Below are positions 11,901 to 25,349 of a stretch of 64,000 bases of DNA, one piece after another. The notes below the pieces were generated by a model, which did no database searches, was not told the origin of the DNA, and was given only the letters and a program-made list of their open reading frames with translations. The translations under genes were made by a program, and so were the position numbers. Position 1 is the first letter of the stretch, and every line of letters begins with the position of its first letter. This DNA comes from Calcarisporiella thermophila CBS 279.70 (Eukaryota; Fungi; Calcarisporiellomycota): assembly GCF_041956535.1 (NCBI RefSeq), contig NW_027192206.1:1-64000 (forward strand), read 5' to 3'.

Positions 11901-13456
11901 AAATTATAGGAGTTCCACATCTCTAGAAACCCTAAATCATTTCACTTCTACTTCATTTTCAAAATGGCTTCGATACATTCATTTTAACCTCTCGGCTCCG
12001 CGGTGAAGATGCAGAAATCAACTCATCTCTTTCCGCAGGAAAGTTCACCTCCTACGATGAGATTAAAAGTATTCAAATCCAGGGGAATGCAATTGGAGAA
12101 CATTTAATCCTCAACAGCACTTCATACAATAATGGGTAGCCTAACTAAGGGATAGTTGAATCCTGAAGCTTATTGACAATTAGCAACAGATAATTGTGAA
12201 TTCTTATGTCATTCCGCCATTTGATCTCTCTCACCATCTGATTCATCGATTTCAACAACTCTTTTCCACTATTTCCATTATTAGTTTGACTTGCATTTCT
12301 TCACTTCCTGTTCACACTACAACCCAATCTTTTGCTATCGAATGCAATCTATGAAATTTACTCTCATGTCTCTGAAAATTCAAGAGAGAATCGTTTAAAC
12401 GCTCAAAATTTCTTGAGTTGGTAGAAAGATTTTTTCTTTCGAACGTGACAGATTGCCGCTTGCTAACGAATATGTTAGCTTCCCTGTTCCTTGCAAGACT
12501 GCAAATATACCAGCGAGTATTCCAAATGTTTTAAGAGGATGGTATGGCAACATAAACTAATGAAGATGTATTATCAACCGAGGGCCATGTTATCTTGATT
12601 ATCTAGTGGAATTGCCATGTGCCTAAGTTAGTAAGGGGTTCGGATGCGGATAATTTTTCCAATTTTTCTAGCATTATTAAGTTATTCTAGAAATTTACTT
12701 CTCTACCTTGGTTTGGGAAACCAACCAACTCATTAAAAATTTTGGGGTAATATGTTCAAGTATCAAGAGTCGGATATCCCGAGTATTTCTTTATTCATCA
12801 TAAAAATTTAAAGGACTGACTCAGCCAGTACACGTTGAATACAGGCTAGTAAAGAACAAATGCGATAAAACAAAGGGGAAGCATATTTAACAATAGAGCG
12901 ATTCCTACATATTTTGCTTTTTTTGCCAAGCTCTTTTTTCTCGCCTCTTCCAAGACATATTTTGACATTACGTAGAAACGTTATAGCATAAAAACCTTAT
13001 TTGGATGGCGTTGGAAAGAAAACAGAAAAATGGAAAATAAATATACAAGCGAGTAGTATATTTGAGATAAAATAGCAAAAGCACTCACCTCTTGGATATT
13101 CGAAGCCTATTGCCAAGTCCGAATGATTCATTTTTGTGTTATACGGTATTCTTAAGTTCTTTTTCTTGGTTTTTTTTTTCTATAGCTAAAATTTCTCTGC
13201 AAGTTCACCCTGCGCCCTACAATCTTATCTGAGTGCGATAAATATGGTCAATATACAGTATCTTCAATGAAAATGAAAGCCGCAAAAAAACTATTTTCCT
13301 ATTTCAGATAGTATAGAAATTTAGAAAGAATTCCTTACGAAAGCTTGAAGATATAAAAGCCCGTTTTTTCTTGATAACCGCAATACCTTTAACAATATCT
13401 TAGCATTAACTACATAAGTTTCAGTAATCAAACTTTTATCCTAGACACGATAAAAA

Positions 13457-13816
13457 ATGAATCTTCGCACTCTTATTGTTGCTGCTCTTCTAGCCGCCAC
13501 TTCTGTCCAGGCCTTCCCTTTTATCCGCCGCGACGAATGCTCTCTTGAATCATGTCATGGTATGACAGAGCTCCTACGTAAGTGTGTCCCTAAGGCGGCT
13601 GACAATAAAGACGATGGCAAGTTTTATGAAGGTGAGATATACATTCGATATCGATCATTTCCCTCTCTAACGTCAATACTCTTAGAAATCTTCAAGTGCT
13701 ACTGCAATGACTCTACTTTCTTGGACTCCTATGGTGAATGCATTGACGCCTGCGGAAAATATGCCAAGAATGCCCCTAGCGTTAATCAAATGGAAAAATG
13801 GTGCAAGCTCATCTAA
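13457..13816 (+). CDS. Small secreted 8-Cys protein, paralog A (101 aa after splicing; intron 13632-13685)
   Basis: Signal peptide, RR processing site and 8 Cys. 54-nt GT-AG intron at the same position as in the paralog at 35380. Confidence 0.88.
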   Translation: MNLRTLIVAALLAATSVQAFPFIRRDECSLESCHGMTELLRKCVPKAADNKDDGKFYEGEIYIRYRSFPSLTSILLEIFKCYCNDSTFLDSYGECIDACGKYAKNAPSVNQMEKWCKLI

Positions 13817-15263
13817 GCGCCACTAATATTTGAAACATTTATTTACAGTATAAAGTAAATCACTGAAGTTAGGTTCCGTTCTACAATACCAACTTTACCA
13901 ATATATCTCCCTATGTATTATCAGTAGTATAAAATAAACAATGATAATGATAAAATTACTGGCAACGATGAATGAATTTTAACCTATCTCGCTGACGACG
14001 TGTGTCCTGCTCTCCCTGCCTCTTTAATTGCTCAGATGATCCAATTTTGGGACAGCTATTGTTTGAATGCGTGATTTAAAAAATATGCTTCATTTAATGA
14101 TCAAGCATTACATATTGATGGCCCTTGTGTTAAAAGAACCAGTTTTTACCATCTGCAAAGTTTATTGTCGTACATCCGTTCGTTAATTTTTTAGATCCAG
14201 AAGCGAAATTCCACCCCGCATTGTCATGAAGGGATATGGTTGTATTAACCAAAATAAAAGTTGGCGTAGCGTAGGTTACATTATCTCGCTTTCAAATTCA
14301 GAAAACTTTACCAGGACTCGCATGATGCAGATAAATCAGGAAGAAAGCAAAAGTTCTATTAAAGTTCAAGTGTAAATACTAAGAGATTACTTGCAAATCC
14401 CTTTTCTAAAAGATGAAAAAACAGGAGTTTTGATCGTTCAGCTTTGAAATGCAATCATTGAGATGATAAGGTTGGAGATGGGCTGAAAAATTTTGGACAA
14501 ATGGCGAAGCATTTTTCAGAAATATTTTTCATCCAGGTGCTATTCTTTACACAATTCATTAAACCTACTAGCCCCTTTGAATAATTTTCTTGCATGCCAT
14601 GTTTCCTTTATGTAGAGCAATTTGAATAAATATCTATCGGAGAATAACTAACGGAATAGTCCCGGCTCTGAGATATAAAATTTTTTAAAAACCTGATTGA
14701 AGGTTTTACTCTGCGGCGACGGAGAGATATGCGTAATTGGTTGCAGACAAGCAGTGATACTCAAAATTTATTCGACCTGAAGTATCAAGCGGAAGTTATC
14801 TAATTGTCATTTATGTTCGATTGAAAATCATATTGAATGAAGGCGTAAATGCATCCAATAACAATAACAGTTTCTTGGATTTGTATGATCTTCACAACCT
14901 GTTTCAGTATAAGCATAAAATTTGGGGAATCAATTTCGGTCTCATCATAATTTATTCGCATTTGATGCGTTTGCCACGAACCATTTGCCAAATTTGGGAA
15001 TTTTTCTGTATCTTGGTTATCCAATTTCAACATTATTATATAGTATATTTGGCGTGAGGCTTTCCCCTTTTAACTTATTAGCTGATGTGTATCGCATGGT
15101 CAGTATTCTTCCACGGCTGTCTGATAATCCGGGGTCTAATAATATTTAAAACAGAGTCAAAAATTGCGCAAATTGAAAACGAATTTTCTATTTAATCGAA
15201 ATTTTCGTATTACAATTTTCTTCCTCATAGTTTCCAAGCTCTAGGTGGAAGAAGATATCAAGT

Positions 15264-17634
15264 ATGAAGGGCAAGGTTGTGGCAAACGACCTTAGGGTTC
15301 TTTGCCCCATACAGCAAGTGAAGCAACATGAAGAAGCAAGGCTAAAATCAGATATTGCTGTAGCACATCGTGCACTTGACTTATTCTGCAATTCTCGAAT
15401 GAATGATGCAGAAGCGTTGTTGTTAAAAGGGCACAAAAAGACTCTCTACTCGACCCATGGTTATAGTGTACTCCTCACCTTCCGCGCTCTGCTAACTTTC
15501 AAACCAGATGAAATTGATATAGCTGTTATGGCTTTGGAAACCACAATTAAAGTAGCTTCCCGATATCGGAGATCGAGGGGAACCATGATTAGTGATATTA
15601 TACTAGGTGGGCCGTCAGTAAATGAGTTCAAAAATATGACAGGATGCCAAAGGCATGCGGTTAGTTGCAAAACTAATTTTTACAAGATTTACTACCGGTT
15701 AGAAATTGATCTATATATATTTTAGGAACTTGTAGTTGCTGAGGCCAATTTGTTACTATTTATGCTGGTGTTTATTCAACGTAGTAATCAACCTCTAATC
15801 AAGGCAGCCCTCTATGTCAAGCGTTGTCAAACTCTCTACAGCGCGATACGAAAATTTGTAGTGGCTATCGAAAAAGAAAGCGAGAATGGAATTGACATTA
15901 CTGGTTACAATATTGACGTGGATTTTTACTCGGGTATCACATTTGGTCCTGCAATACTAGCAATCGGTATATCTTACATTAATATGCTCCACCGTTATAA
16001 CGCCTTTCTTCTCCGGGTTGCCGGCTTTAAGGGGAATCGTGAATATGGTCTTACTCTCCTTAAGGCTACAGGCGGGTGGCAACAAGAAACAAATTCCAGC
16101 TACTACGAGCGTGCAGCTCTACGGGGACGCAGCGGATTGCGGCAACTATTCTGTGATGTTGTCATTTCTATTTTTCAGGTAGTGGTGAGTGGCTTCTTGA
16201 TGAACCCTAGTTATGATCTCACCACCGCTGTCAAAATCTCCAATTTTCTCGTGACACGATATGAGCATAGCATCATTTTTCTCTATATATCTGGCGTGAC
16301 CCAAATGGTCTCCTCTAATATTGATGCGGCAATTAGTATATTTGAATTTGCAACACATACACGACAAGAGTGGAGACAAATACTCCACTGTTCATGCTGG
16401 TACCTGTTCCTCTGCTACTGCATAGTGCTTGATTGGGAAAAAGCTTTAAACTCGATTAATATCCTCGCAATGGAGAGTATGTGGTCCAAGGCGACATATT
16501 GCTATCATAGAGCTGTGGCCATGTATATACTCGGAGACAAAGTTAATTCGAATGAGGTGATTATTGCAATGGCAGATATAAACCGCCAGGTGTATCGCTT
16601 CGGTAGAAAATGTTTGCCTATAGAGGTAATTATCATGATTATATGACGACTGTTCTCTCAAGAACACAACTATATCTGAACTCTGCCACTAGAAATTTGT
16701 AGCAAGGAAAGCACGTAAATTTTTTGCACAAGGAAATCGACTCTTCCTACCTATGTTTGAACTCATGTATATCTGGAACTGCTACAACTATATGAACATG
16801 TCACAGATGATCAACTGCTTAACTTCTATTTCAATGGATCTAGCGAATCTTGAACTACTTGAGAAAACTGTAACCCATATAGATGTCACCGAGCAGTGTT
16901 TGAGTCCAAATCGTAGACCACATGGAAAAACTCAGTATCCATCAAAATCGATGTCAAATGCCGCTCCCTCATCCAGCGTAGGCTCAATCAATCCCAATTC
17001 CATGGAATATGCGAACTACTGGGATGATTACTGTCTCGGTTACATGCTTAAAGGTGTCATTGCCTCAAAACTGGCCTTTTACGAAAGTTGCTCAGCATCG
17101 TATCCACATGAAGAATATGTTAAACTTGCATTAACATGTTTTGACACCGTTATCAATCACAGCTCCAAAATCGCACTTGATCATTACATATTTTATTTCA
17201 CTCGTTTCGAACGAGCTCGAATGCGAATGTATTTGGGCGAATTACAAGAGGCTCGTAGAGAACTTGATGCATTAATAAGCGAAAGTACGAGGCCACTGGA
17301 GAAAGGTCATTACAGCTTTAGGAGCATCTTAATTATACAAATAGAACATATACTTGAGGATTTGAAGCGAGCAGAAGATTCCCTAGCCAACAAAACTAGA
17401 AATGATCACCCAACCACGCCAGAGCATGATTTACCAGAGAGCATTGCGATAGTACCACATACACAGGAAAGATCAAGTTCAATTGGAAATAATATTCATT
17501 CAACTAATAACAATTGTATCGAATTTTTCCGTGAGTTGAAAAGAAAACGAGAAATCTCTGCAGTCAATATACTTGACCATAATCTGATATGTGAAAAATA
17601 TGTAGCTTATGAGCGAAGCTATATGGGAGTATAG
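15264..17634 (+). CDS. IML2/TTC39-family TPR protein (exons 15264-15659, 15726-16625, 16693-17634)
   Basis: Family-typical segments RHAELVVAEA, VAGFKGNREYGL, ESMWSKATYCY and KCLPIEKFVARKARKF...ELMYIWN. Splicing keeps the frame. Confidence 0.85.
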
Positions 17635-18126
17635 TTTTTTTTTAATGATAATCGATACTATTTTAGTATTTTCACTTGTATATTTCACAAAAAGTATACT
17701 ATTACCGGCGTTATAATACTGAATTTTCTCTGTGAAATGTACATAATTTGTATGAATACCTAGCGATGTTCATTCTTTTTGTAATATTTTATTATGATGT
17801 TCACATATAGCGTACCAAAAGCTCCATTATGTCATGGTGCTCTACTGTATATTGCAATAAGAATAATAGCAAACTAATATAGTAAAACCTTAGCTTTTCT
17901 TGAAACAATTGTTTTTTTGTAAATTTTGATATATAAACTGCTTCACCAACCCAAATCATAAATTTCTGATCGAATGCTCAGTCTATAATTTACTTTAAAT
18001 AAAGCATGATTTGGGATTATGTAGTTGAATCGGAGTATGGTGGCCTTTATTTAAATTTAGGTATAACAAATTATTGAGTAAACCTAAAGCCTTCCTAATT
18101 TTTCTTTGGTATTTTCTCGGATTATT

Positions 18127-18411
18127 TTAACAACTGCACGTACCGCCACAGTCCAGATCACTATTGTTGCAGTTGTCATCATTGGAGCAGGTGGCCCATC
18201 TGCCAGCACCTTTGCCCCAGGCAAGCCAGCACCAACGACCCACAGAGTCACAAGTCTTCCAGCAATAACCGTCGGTGCAAGTGGGCCCAGTACCAGGATA
18301 GCATTTATCAATTTTGACCTGGCCATCTAGAGGGTGTTTTCTGCCCGGTACTGCGGCCATTGACGTAGCGGCAAAGAGCATGACGCAAAGCATAGAAAGA
18401 TTGAGCTTCAT
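18127..18411 (-). CDS. Small secreted Cys/Trp-rich protein (94 aa, 10 Cys in the mature region)
   Basis: ATG at 18411. Signal peptide MKLNLSMLCVMLFAATSMA, then pattern C..C.xGYCWKxC....WCW.....G.W..C..D..C......CGG.CSC. Confidence 0.85.
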   Translation of the reverse strand: MKLNLSMLCVMLFAATSMAAVPGRKHPLDGQVKIDKCYPGTGPTCTDGYCWKTCDSVGRWCWLAWGKGAGRWATCSNDDNCNNSDLDCGGTCSC

Positions 18412-20852
18412 GGTGTTAGCTATAGTTGTCAATTCTTTTCTCGTCCAGAAATTGATTTTGCAATGATCGTAAGTAAAGAGTCAGGCAAATATTTATTTTC
18501 TTCTAATTTATACATCTTTTGAACATGGCTTTGATTTGATACCCCATTTCATTTTTCCGAACCATAATAAATTAAAAAAATTTCGGGCTTCACAGGAAAA
18601 AGCTTAATACAGCTTCTCAGTTAAAATAACCAATTGAAACCTTTATCTAAGGTCGAAAGGGGAAGTGAGAATATTTCCAAAGAGTTTAAATTCAAAACGG
18701 ACTCCTGCCGTTAAAGATGTTCTATTTTAAAATTGGCAAACGTCTTGCCTAGTAGGTTATGATGGCTTAGTTGAATGTTGTCGAGACCCTAAATCTTTTT
18801 CTTAGTTTGCATCATCTTGTGTATGCGAGAAATTCTTGTTTCTAAGCAATATCCGTAATGATTACGACCATCTCATTTCAGGATGTGAGAGAACAGCAAC
18901 ATCGTTAACTTGCTTGCGACAATGGGTATTTTCCTCATGCTATATAGTAGAATTTTTATAAAGAGTTTTGAATGAACAACTATCCTTGCCACTTATATTC
19001 TTTGATTTTCTTCATCTTATCACCCGCATTATGATATTGGATATTTATTTCAAGTTGATGATTTAATGTATGCTCACGTTTTCTCCGGAGCTAATTCGTA
19101 TTTGCATCCAGGTTAAATTCGCCAAATACTATGGATAAAAGAGTATAAACTCGGCCATTTGAAAGCATTTTATTACCCATGCGAAACTTCTGCGAAAATA
19201 AGTATCAGGACATTCCATTTACTTATATATTTTCACGTTTCTTTGTATTCTCAGGATGACAAAGAACTAAAGTTTACTAAATGCATTGTATATTCGCAAT
19301 ATTATTTTTAGACATAATGCAAAATACATTATCCAGATATATGCTCTTGGTTCAAATGCAAAGAAAAAATTAACTCTAAATATGTGATTCCCAATGCTCT
19401 TTAATCACATCCTTAATTTTAAATTTAATATCTTCTAATAAACTATTCCAAAGTGTGAACTCTGAGAACATAAAGCGCTAAGCTTTAGCTGTCCTCTGGT
19501 TTCAGAGCGAAATCTGCTCTTAAATTAAATTATTATGATTTATTAATTGGTGCTGTACAAAGTTATATACACAAACCTTAGATGGAAGAAGCATGAAATA
19601 GCCCCAACTACTACGATACTATATCGGATATACCGTATTGGCAAATTTCGCAATAAGCTTTATTTGAGTATCGACAATATTATCAAAGGTTACCGGAGAG
19701 AGCCGAGACTTGAACATAAAAGCTATCGATATCAGGAACTTCGTAGCTATACCCGATGATTATACAAAAATTTCAAGAAGCTGCTTACCTTTCTATCTTT
19801 TCTCGTTTGAAAAACTGGCAAGCTGCTATAACCCAGTATTTTGGCCTCAATATCTTGTCAATAACAAAAAATTAGAGTAGTGTCTAATTAACTCTATCGA
19901 ACTTGGGCCTCTGTTGTGGCTAAGATGGAATAGAAATGTTTCCATCGTCCCCATTAAATGAACCTTTCTGGTAAATAAATAAATTATCAGCCTCTACTGA
20001 AGACAGTGTGGTTACAATTTAAGTTCGAATACCTTCAAATTAGCTGCTAAAAAATCTATAGTGAATAAATTGAAACTGGGGCGAATAAAAGACTAGCAGA
20101 ATCATTAGTAAGCTACTTAAATGACCAAAGCAAATACAATGGAGACTAGTACAAAATGTTGCTCGTGGGAGACAAATACAAACTAAATGTAAGTACAATA
20201 CAGATCTGAATCTCGTTTAAACTCGTTTCTCTTGATTGAGCACTTGAGCGGCCTTGCTTGTTTTTCAAGTATCCAGGATATTTGGCAACTCTTATTAATA
20301 GACCAACCTTCAACGAATAACATCTCCATTATCCTACAATATACAATAAATACCAAGAATAAGCACGAGGCTTGTAAATGTGCGCACCATTTTATCAGTA
20401 AGGTTGAGAATGCAGTAGCATTATAATGAAACCGTCGTCAAAATTCATTGCTGGACTTATCAAACAATATTAACATGAAAGATGTTTTAATATGCTAAAT
20501 GTGTAGCTCTTGATATTTAGAAAATATTGGGATTTATTAAAAAATATTTTTGAGAATTTAATACTTTTTTCAAAAAATTCAATACCAAATATTAGTGTTC
20601 TAATTTTGTACAGTATATTGCGATCGAAATTACATTATTGAAACTAATAAAATTTATTCAAAAACGATTATTATTATGGAATGCAAAAGGTAGAACATTA
20701 TTCATCATTCCTCATAAATATAAAAATATATCACGTATTAATTAACAACTCCTGCTAATAATCTACAACCACCTAGCTATTCCTTTCACATAATTTCTGT
20801 TCTTGTAATCCTTTTACACGCTTTCACATATGTAATAAATTTAGATTTGCCC

Positions 20853-21737
20853 TCAAACTTTTGTGGTGGCCACAGCTTGATATCCCGGGGCGGGATGAGA
20901 CAAAAAGGGCGAATTTCCTCCCTCCCCGAGATCATCTTTTTCACGTAGTTGACGATGATAGCTGATAATCACAAACGTGAAGTAGGCCTGTTTAAAAAAG
21001 TGTGTATAATAATAGTATTAGTTGAAAAAATCGCTTGGAATGAAGCAAATGAACTTACTTGTACTGCAATTACCAGGAAGGCAGAAAAGCCGATAATGAA
21101 TGGAAACATATTAATCATACTAAGACAACCTTCAGTTGGTGGTTGATCAGGATGGCGCTTATCGTTACATATGTCTTTATCAGGCCATTCAAATTTGTCT
21201 GAGCCTAATCCCAGAAGTAGACTTAGAATATTGAATGTTGATAGCAGTAGGCTGATTTGGTTGTAGATAGAGAATATTAACACAGAAAACGTGTGTTGCT
21301 AGAATAAAAATAAAAAATAGATATACGAAGAAAAAGAAAGATGAGAAATAAAATTACAATGCCAAAATTGGTTCTTGAAATATCCTCTTTTTGCACTTTT
21401 AAATATAATACTGACATAGAAAAAATACTCTACTGCTATTATAGATATTTGCCTCAAAAGTGCAACAATGCAGTATTTTTACTCTTTTTTACTATTGCAT
21501 TTCAAAATAATCTGCTTCCCATCTCTACCTTATGCTTACCTTAATAGCTCCAACTACCCCAAACAAGGAACAGATAGCGGCGATAATGGACCATGATAGA
21601 GTCCAAGATACTGTACTATCTGGCCTAGTAGCGAATCGCATCGATAAAGCGGCATTCGCAATTAATATATACAATGCCAATAGTAGAGTTCCCGCCCGAA
21701 GCGAAAAACAAAAACAACACCCTGTTAGTTTAGGCAT
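20853..21737 (-). CDS. Four-TM membrane protein with N-terminal CCFCFSLRxG motif (LAPTM/tetraspanin-like); exons 21737-21540, 21298-21059, 20987-20853
   Basis: In-frame GT-AG splicing gives four hydrophobic helices, a Cys-containing lumenal loop and a short C-terminal tail. Confidence 0.75.
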
Positions 21738-22929
21738 AGTTGATTTCTTATGAAGAGGTCAGATATTACATATATTGCTTTATATATAAGTAGGAGATAT
21801 GGTTAAGGTGTTTCAAATCAGCTGATTTGCTACTAAGGTTTAAATAAGGTGTCCCCAATCAGAAGTGTACTAAAAGGTGGAAGCCGAATTTTCTTCGTTC
21901 CTATACCATTTTGAAAACTCTCTCCTCACGGCAAACTTGTGAATGTAGACTTCGCTGATCTAAGTCTTTAGTTTACCTAGGCTCACAATCACCCAGGTGT
22001 CCCGATTTGTGACTGATACCTTGTAGAGAATGTAGCAGAGATAAGTTAACTGCAATGCTGGCTTTGCTAAATGAACGGATATAAACTTCTTTCAATAAAA
22101 GTTTGTGCTCGCGAAACTTTTCCATGGAAATCAAACTCTGTTCACCCAATAGTTACTTCTAGGCTTGGAGGGCTTAGGAGAATTTTAACGAGACTTTCGT
22201 CCAATCATGATTACAGGCATCTTAGGATTTCTGGATATGACGTAGAGACGTATTGATAAAATACGTGGTAACAAGTAGCACAATTGATTTAATATAGTAA
22301 ACACGGCAGACATGTATATACTGTATGCCTAGCTCGACTTCTCAACTTGAACATACGGCTTTTCCAAGCCATAGGTTTAAGATGGAGCCGAACTTGATCG
22401 GAAAATATTGAAAAATGTGGCAAATACAGCTCTACTCACACTACAAGCGATTTAGCACAGAATTAATGTTTCTCTATCCAAGTTTATATTTTACGAAAGC
22501 TCGGGAAGCAAATATTTATCAGCTGATGAATTCTTGTAGTCATGTTGGATAGCGTTTAATATTGTGGCATTCATATTAAAAGCGAATCGATATCGGTAAA
22601 ATAACTATAGACTATTCGCATAGGAGCCAGCCTCTTTGCATTTTCTGGCAAAACTAAAGAGGATCGACTTTAGGATGGGTATATGCTGAGGATAATGGGA
22701 TTTGACCCGCTCTAAATAGTGGGAGGGCGGGCTACTCAACCATAATCTCCGGCGTGGTTTATTCTCAGCACTTGGCAAAATATTACTCTGTACAAATCAG
22801 CATATAATGCAAAGGGTTGGAGATTCTTTCAAGTGATATGTGATCCAAAATCACTACAATTCATAGTGCAGTGGAGATAGCCAATTAATTTCGCGGAGTG
22901 AATTTTCTTTAAAATCTTCTTCGTGCATA

Positions 22930-25349
22930 ATGCCCAAATCTGAAAAGGTTTTGGATTCTTCTCGGGTGAAGAGGGCATGCGACCAGTGCAGAAGTAAAAA
23001 AATAAAATGCGATGGTTTAGCCCCTGTTTGCGGCAGTTGCCAATGCATTGGTTGCACGTGTACCTATGCTGCTGTTTTCCGGAAGCGAGGTCCGCCAAAG
23101 GGATATGTCGAAGCCATCGAGACTCGCCTGAATCGCGTACATGAGATGCTTTTGGAATTCTTTGGTGATGACCCGAGACTTGAATCAGTTTTGGCAGAGC
23201 TAACTGCACCTATAGAAACGTCATCTGGGGACTTTATCACTCTCCGATTCCAATCTCCTAATGATAACAAATCAAAAGTTGACCCTTCACGCTCGTTCGA
23301 AGTTGCGGAAAATCAATTAAATTTATTTTCAGGAGATCTCACTATATATGAGGAGATCGAGGATTTTCGTTTCCATGGAAATGCCAGTGGCGTATACTTG
23401 ATGCGCAATAGCGCTCTCCACAACAGCGGGTATTTAAATCTAGGGGCGAATCAAACTCTACATCGTAGAAGTAACTGGCAACAGTTAGATGTAAATCCTT
23501 ATGATGTTCCTCCATCAGATCTCTCTGATCACCTGATCCATCTATACTTTGACAATTTCCACCCACTATTTCCGGTAATAGACAGACCCGAATTTCTTCG
23601 CTCCTTGCGCACAACACAACCTCCTCTCTTGCTACTGAATGCAATCTATGGAATTGCGGCGCGTATCTCTGATGACCCGAGAATAAAGTCATTTACATAC
23701 TCAAAGTGCCCTGAGCTAGTGGGTGGAATTTTCTTCGAACGTGCCAAACTCCTTCTGGATTGTGAGTACGACACCCCCAACCTATCCACCGTCCAAGCGG
23801 CCCTGCTCTTAGCCTATTACCAGCCAGGAGCCCCTCGGCCAAGTCGCTCTTGGATATTCGGCGGAATAGTAAGTAGCCATTGCACTTGAAGTATCGTGAA
23901 TTGCTGATTTACACTTCATTCCCAAATTCCCATCGATAGGCGATCAGGATTGCGCTTGAATTAGGGCTTAATCGCTATTTTTTTTCCATGCCCCGCAGGG
24001 ATCGAAAATTACGAAAACGCGTGTATTGGTGCTGCTTTGTGTTGGACCGTCTACTTGCAGTTAGGCATGGTAGACCGATTTCGCTTGACGAGCGCGAATG
24101 CAATGTGCCTAGCTTCCAAGCAGAAGACGAGGAGGAGCCGTGGCCCGTTGCAAATGCAAATCATTGCCAAGTTATATCCAATTTTGGCTATTTAGTGCAA
24201 CTCTATCAGATACTCGGCCGCATACTTAATAATATCTATTCCATCAGCTCGGAAAGAAGCGTTGTTCTTTCCAGGAGCCCAAACATCTTAGTCAATTCTT
24301 TGCATCATGCCCTACTTTCTTGGTTTCACAAGTTGCCTCTGCATTTACGGCTACCCATTTCCAAACAAACGCCACATCTCTCAGCTGTCTCCTCGAATAT
24401 GCATATTATATATCACACCTGCGTGATTTTACTTCACCGACCCTTTTTACCTCTCTCGTGCCAAGAACCTACTCCAGATCTACTTGCTTCGACAAAGGCC
24501 TGCAGTGAATCCGCCGATACCATCATTGATTTGGTCTATAGCCGCTATAACTGCGGTGGAGTAATGCACATAGTAGAGCCCAATCTCTATTCGATTTTTA
24601 ACGCAACCACTTTCCATTTGTGCTATAATACTGGCATAGATTTACGTGGTATTAAACTAAACACTTTAAAGGGCTTGAAAGTATTGCAAGCGTTGGAGCC
24701 AGTATGGTTTATGTCGAAGATGCTTGGAGCAATGATTCGTAATATTGCTTTCATACGTAAAATTGGTCTGGAGGACAATGATTTGGACAGTTTTGAAACT
24801 CCCAAACCACGCTCTCCGAAAGGATTTTATAATAATGGGATGACAACAGAGGCTGAGGGAAGCGGATCCCGTAACGAGATTAATCCAAGCATTGGTAAAT
24901 TCACACTTACAGCAGATATGTTATCGAGCTATTAACTTAATCTCTATTCACTAGTTGACCCGGAACTTTTGAACTTTTTTGGAGCGAACCCGGATACTAT
25001 GCAACCGATTAATCCATCCGATTTTTCGCTCCTCCCTGCATCCTCTATCCCCCACCCTGATAGTTTTTTGCTGGATTCGCTCTGGCTTCTACAAAAACAA
25101 CATCAAATGGACGCACAGACAGTTTCCAATCCGATCACCACTACAAACGATATTAATACAGAATCCCCTACACCTTCTTGGGATGATAATTCGAAGGCCT
25201 CACTCTCGCAGACAAGCCAAGCCTTGCCCTCTCTACTCCTCCAAATGCTCTCTTCTCAAACAAGTTTCGAATCAACTGAGCCGTTGAACTTTGGGACGCG
25301 TATGCCAATGGACGAGGATGAGTGGGGCATATTCATGATGCGGCAATAG
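22930..25349 (+). CDS. Zn(II)2Cys6 transcription factor with Fungal_trans domain (introns 23869-23939, 24895-24954)
   Basis: ACDQCRSKKIKCDGLAPVCGSCQCIGCTCTY; RKRGP; YFDNFHPLFPVID; AIRIALELGLNR; RKRVYWCCFVLDR..GRP; ILLHRPF. Confidence 0.95.

Noticed and set aside
18084-18330. Overlapping 80-aa and 74-aa ORFs
   Set aside because: Alternative frames of the Cys/Trp-rich peptide gene.
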